Source: a virus (Duplodnaviria; Caudoviricetes). Taken from it: a stretch of 38,780 nucleotides of DNA. The position numbers were made by a program, and so were the translations under genes. Below the pieces are notes generated by a model, which made no database searches, was not told the origin of the DNA, and saw only the letters and a list, made by a program, of their open reading frames with translations. The stretch lies in the IMG/VR virus record IMGVR_UViG_3300027193_000001, positions 1-38,780 of that record. The stretch is one strand, 5' to 3'. Shown here piece after piece: positions 35,166-38,780 of this stretch (positions are counted from its first letter, which is position 1; each line of letters starts with the position of its first letter).

Positions 35166-35582
35166 ATGAAAACACAATATGAACAAATAACGAATGCTTT
35201 GATATCAGTATCAGTAGCTATAAGCAATGAAGCCCCAGTAGGATTTGAGTCTCGTATGGCTCAGCATAAGCTAGAAGAAGCTAGAATGTGGTTTGAGAAG
35301 TGTATGGTAAGAGTAGATACCCAACAAACACTAAATTTTGAAGCTGAAAAGACTCAATTACCAAAGGTAGAAGAAGTACAAACACCTAAGGTAGAAGAAG
35401 CACAAACACCTAAGTTGCCTACCAAGGAAGAGTTGATCTTTGCTGCTAAAAAGTTTGGAGCAGTTCACGGGCCTGATAAATTTATTTCTATTCTGAGGTC
35501 TTTCAACGCTGGTACTGTATCTCAGCTGTTTTCTTTTGGGGAAGAAGTGGTTTTAAAATTTATGGAAGAAATTAAATTATAA
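35166..35582 (+). CDS. Two-domain protein: Acb2/Tad1-like helical hairpin plus the C-terminal domain typical of the gene upstream of DUF2800
   Basis: P.GFESRMAQHKLEEARMW; PKVEE.QT linker repeat; T.EEL...K.FG..G....IL..F.A..VSQL. Confidence 0.6.
   Translation: MKTQYEQITNALISVSVAISNEAPVGFESRMAQHKLEEARMWFEKCMVRVDTQQTLNFEAEKTQLPKVEEVQTPKVEEAQTPKLPTKEELIFAAKKFGAVHGPDKFISILRSFNAGTVSQLFSFGEEVVLKFMEEIKL
35364..35414 (+). repeat. 24-bp tandem repeat (2+ copies) encoding the KVEE[V/A]QTP linker
   Basis: AAGGTAGAAGAAG(T/C)ACAAACACCT x2. Confidence 0.92.
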
Positions 35583-35586
35583 TTGT

Positions 35587-35817
35587 ATGGAAAATGGGAG
35601 AGAGATAACAAGAGTATTGAATTTAGTCACTGACGGTTTGACATCTAATGAAGTCACGGAAACTTTGCGTAGTAACACGCGAAGGCTAACTCGCATAATT
35701 TCTAAAGAATTAGGAGTACCTGAAGAGTGTATAAAAGGGTCTTATGAAACTAGATACAATGTAGTAAGAGGTATGAATAATGTAACAGGTCAATTTAAAT
35801 TTACAATATGCAAGTAG
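35587..35817 (+). CDS. Hypothetical protein
   Basis: Operon-packed ORF. Confidence 0.6.
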   Translation: MENGREITRVLNLVTDGLTSNEVTETLRSNTRRLTRIISKELGVPEECIKGSYETRYNVVRGMNNVTGQFKFTICK

Positions 35818-36971
35818 AAGAAATAAAAGCACACTCACACCTTTCGGCTTCCTCAGCTGAACGATGGTTTAACTGTCCAGGTAGTGTAGCGTTATCAAAG
35901 CAAATGCCACCTCAGCCATCATCATCGTTTGCGGCTGAAGGTACGCTAGCCCATTCATGGTTAGAGTATAAACTCAGAGTATCTCTTTTTGGAAAAGGTG
36001 AAAAGCCTGAAGAAGAGATGTCAGATGACATGGAGGAAGCTGTTGATATAGCATTGGATTATATCATTGATAAGTTTATGTTGGCTGATGAGGATAACAT
36101 ACTTATCGAACATAGATTCGACCTAAGTTACATATTCAAAGGCATGTTTGGGACTGCGGATTTCTGTGGTTTAACCCCTGATGGGAAACTATATGTCATT
36201 GATTATAAACATGGTCGCGGTGTTGTAGTCAACATAGAGGATAATAAGCAACTTCATTACTACGCTGTTGGTGCTGTGAATCATTTTGATGTAAGTGCTA
36301 ATACTGATGTTTGCATGGCTATCATACAACCAAGGGCTATGGGTCAAAACATCAAAGAACAGTGGAAAAAAGCGGGAGAGGTTCACGAATGGACGAACGA
36401 ATTAATCGAAGCTGCTAAGCTTGCAGATAGTGAGAACGCCCCTTTAAAAGAAGGGAGCCATTGCAAATGGTGTCCAGCTTTGCCAAGGTGTCCGTTAGTA
36501 GCGGATAAATTCTTCACTGAGGTGGCTAAGATTGAGGCTAACGAACTCAGCGTTAAGGAGTTTCCTAAACCGGAGTTTCTTACAAAAGAAGAGTTGATTA
36601 ATATAATTGACAAGAAAGAATTAATTGAATCATGGCTAGATTCTTGCTACGGCTACCTGAACCAGGCTGCTAAGAACGGCGAGGAAATACCAGGATACAA
36701 GCTTGTGAAAAAGAAATCATACCGTAAATGGGTAGATGAAGCACAAGTGATAAAAGAATTTGAGTACTTAGGAGAAGCAATTTACGCAGAACCTAAGCTT
36801 AAGTCGCCGGCACAATTGGAGAAGATGAAAGTCATCGACAAAGCTGTGCTAGCTGATCTTATATATACACCAGATTCCGACACAACGTTGGTACCTGATG
36901 TAGATAAAAGGGAAGCGGTCGCGGGCGTTAGCGTCGACCAAATATTTTTTAACACATTAAACAACTTATAA
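35808..36971 (+). CDS. DUF2800 PD-(D/E)XK (Cas4-like) exonuclease
   Basis: HS.LSASSA.RW..CPGS, EGT.AH, FGTAD, IDYKHG.G, QL..Y, IIQPR and HC.WC.A...C. Confidence 0.92.
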   Translation: MQVEEIKAHSHLSASSAERWFNCPGSVALSKQMPPQPSSSFAAEGTLAHSWLEYKLRVSLFGKGEKPEEEMSDDMEEAVDIALDYIIDKFMLADEDNILIEHRFDLSYIFKGMFGTADFCGLTPDGKLYVIDYKHGRGVVVNIEDNKQLHYYAVGAVNHFDVSANTDVCMAIIQPRAMGQNIKEQWKKAGEVHEWTNELIEAAKLADSENAPLKEGSHCKWCPALPRCPLVADKFFTEVAKIEANELSVKEFPKPEFLTKEELINIIDKKELIESWLDSCYGYLNQAAKNGEEIPGYKLVKKKSYRKWVDEAQVIKEFEYLGEAIYAEPKLKSPAQLEKMKVIDKAVLADLIYTPDSDTTLVPDVDKREAVAGVSVDQIFFNTLNNL

Positions 36972-36978
36972 CACATAT

Positions 36979-37539
36979 ATGACAACACAAGTAGTTACAC
37001 CGAAAGGGCAATTTTCATACCCAAGCTTATTCACACCAAAGGTTAATACACTAAATGGCAATAAAGAGTACAGCGTGGATATTTTATTTCCAAAATCTAC
37101 GGATCTAAAAACCATACACGAAGGTATTAATGCGGCTATTGAAAAAAAATTTGGTTCTGATAAAACAAAACATCCGAAGAATCTAAGGTCGCCGATTAGA
37201 GACGGGGACGAAAAAGAAAATAACCCGGAATATGCAGGCAAGTATTACATTACATGCAAATGCAATGCTGAGAAGAACAAACCTCAGGTATTTGATAGAA
37301 GTCGCAAACAGTTAACACATGAATCTGATCTTGCAGGCGGGGACTTTGGTCATGTACTTCTTAATTTCTACGCGTATGAGAAGTCGGGAAACAAAGGAGT
37401 ATCAGCGGGATTAAACGGGGTTATGCTCGTTGAGAAAACATCTGAGCCATTTTCAGGTAGCAAATCAGCATTTGAAGCTTTTGAATCATTAGCTGAGGAT
37501 GTTTCCCTAGAAGAACAAAATGAAGCTATGTTTGGTTAG
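36979..37539 (+). CDS. ssb: DUF2815 / T7 gp2.5-like single-stranded DNA-binding protein
   Basis: SYP.LF.P, YS..IL.PK, PIRDGD, GNKGVSAGLN.V and an acidic C-terminal tail. Confidence 0.92.
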   Translation: MTTQVVTPKGQFSYPSLFTPKVNTLNGNKEYSVDILFPKSTDLKTIHEGINAAIEKKFGSDKTKHPKNLRSPIRDGDEKENNPEYAGKYYITCKCNAEKNKPQVFDRSRKQLTHESDLAGGDFGHVLLNFYAYEKSGNKGVSAGLNGVMLVEKTSEPFSGSKSAFEAFESLAEDVSLEEQNEAMFG

Positions 37540-37542
37540 TTT

Positions 37543-37764
37543 ATGAGTATGGAATATTACGTATCTTACTATATACGGAGTTCAAGTCAAGAATTTACCT
37601 ACGACAGAGGACTTATTGACTCATGTTTAATGAAGCAGAGTAATTATGAAAATAAACCTTGGACAATACAAGAAGTTCACGAAAGAGTTGCCCAGTTTTT
37701 GGGGGTAGCCAGAAATAAGGTTGTTGTACTAGGTATTGTAGAAAACCCTAACCGATTAGCATAG
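37543..37764 (+). CDS. Hypothetical protein
   Basis: Operon-packed between SSB and the polymerase. Confidence 0.65.
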   Translation: MSMEYYVSYYIRSSSQEFTYDRGLIDSCLMKQSNYENKPWTIQEVHERVAQFLGVARNKVVVLGIVENPNRLA

Positions 37765-37767
37765 TTT

Positions 37768-38780
37768 ATGATACACTTAGATTTTGAGACATTTTCAGAA
37801 CAAGATATCGGGTCAGGGGGTGCGTGGAAATATAGCACGCACCCTTCAACTGAAATTCTTTGTATGGCTTTTGCTATAGACGACCAACCTGTGGAATTAT
37901 GGACACCTGATAATGGATATGATTTAGGTAAACTGTTCGCGTTGATATCCGAAGGGGCTTTGATAGAAGCACACAATGCTTTCTTTGAGAGATGTATTTG
38001 GCAGAATGTCGCGGTATCAAAATTAGGATTCCCACAGGTTAATTCTTCGCAATGGAGATGTTCGGCGGCTAGAGTTGCGTCAATCGCGTTGCCTAGGTCT
38101 CTTAAAAACGCAGCCGCAGTATTAGGTTGCATAAACCAAAAGGATACTGAAGGCGGTAGCACTATGCTTAAGTTATGTAAACCTAAATCTGCCACAAAGA
38201 AAGATCCAAGTATAAGATATTCCAAATCAGAGTACCCTGAAATGTATGAAACATTATATGCTTATTGTAAACAAGACGTAGAAACTGAGCGAGAGATTAC
38301 AAAACTTACAAGACCGTTGATAGAATTTGAGCAAGAAGTGTGGTTGCTAGACCAAGAGATAAACGCCCGCGGAGTACCAATTGACAAAGAAGCGGTGGAG
38401 GTTGCTTTTAAAATAGGACTAAATTTCACGCTTACTGCATTAGATCGAGTATCAGCATTAACTGAGGGTGCAGTCGGTAGCTTCCGCCAAGTAGGTGCTT
38501 GTGTGCAGTGGGCGAAAGACCAAGGGTATGAACTAGAATCTTTCGGAAAAGAATATCTAGCAAACAAGATGGCAGATACGAATATGCCCGCAAATGTGCG
38601 TGAATTGATCAACATAAGACAGCAAGCAGCTAAGACAAGCACAGCCAAATATGAAGCTATGCTAGGTTGTATTGGCGAAGATAACCGGATACGAGATAAT
38701 TATATGTATCACGGGGCGTCCACCGGGCGATGGTCGGGGAAGAATGTTCAGTTTCAAAACCTTCCCCGTGGAAAAATTAA
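37768..38780 (+). CDS. polA: Family A DNA polymerase, N-terminal 3'-5' exonuclease part (runs off the end and joins 6-1079)
   Basis: MIHLDFETFS (ExoI), AHNAFFER (ExoII), YCKQDV (ExoIII), DQEIN.RG. Absent from the ORF track because there is no stop in the window. Confidence 0.95.
   Translation, partial: MIHLDFETFSEQDIGSGGAWKYSTHPSTEILCMAFAIDDQPVELWTPDNGYDLGKLFALISEGALIEAHNAFFERCIWQNVAVSKLGFPQVNSSQWRCSAARVASIALPRSLKNAAAVLGCINQKDTEGGSTMLKLCKPKSATKKDPSIRYSKSEYPEMYETLYAYCKQDVETEREITKLTRPLIEFEQEVWLLDQEINARGVPIDKEAVEVAFKIGLNFTLTALDRVSALTEGAVGSFRQVGACVQWAKDQGYELESFGKEYLANKMADTNMPANVRELINIRQQAAKTSTAKYEAMLGCIGEDNRIRDNYMYHGASTGRWSGKNVQFQNLPRGKI

Noticed and set aside
35808-36971. Cas4-like nuclease as part of a CRISPR-Cas system
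   Set aside because: It is the standard DUF2800 member of the DUF2800-DUF2815-PolA module; no other cas genes or array are present.
37677-38648. Minus-strand ORFs 37677-38225 and 38262-38648
   Set aside because: They are antisense to the PolA exonuclease domain, which has clear Exo I-III motifs on the + strand.
38654-38780. 127-bp terminal direct repeat as a biological DTR
   Set aside because: It falls mid-gene in polA and equals a common assembler k-mer length, so it is an artefact of circular assembly.
1-38780. Alternative genetic code
   Set aside because: Conserved genes are full length under code 11, and TAA, TAG and TGA all terminate genes at expected positions.

Overview
The window is an apparently complete ~38.65 kb podovirus genome. 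The first 127 nt recur at 38654-38780, a circular assembly overlap that splits the DNA polymerase gene. It has a T7-like virion module without a phage RNA polymerase, plus a BPP-1/APSE-type replication module. Two arms diverge from a largely non-coding control region at 25.3-26.9 kb. The + arm carries small early genes, RHH/HU/HTH regulators, a PrimPol-VirE primase-helicase, an SNF2 helicase, a DUF2800 nuclease, a DUF2815 SSB, PolA (Leu762 type), DUF6378 and a RuvC-like resolvase. The - arm carries TerS, TerL, portal, scaffold, capsid, adaptor, nozzle, ejection proteins, a multi-gene fibre cluster and a lysis cassette with spanins (Gram-negative host). No integrase, RT, tRNA or CRISPR array is visible. 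The most notable observations are: (1) an Acb2/Tad1-like sponge hairpin fused to a replication-module protein; (2) a 4-TM PPPDE/permuted-papain thiol peptidase overlapped by a Pro/Lys-rich peptide ORF just upstream of the lysis genes; (3) a modular, probably branched fibre system with three gp10-like modules and two collar fibres sharing an N-terminal peptide; (4) early genes joined by near-identical linkers; (5) an iteron-like TGTAATGT/ACATTACA array; (6) several G-U-containing structured RNA leaders. All family assignments are from motif recognition by eye, not database searches.
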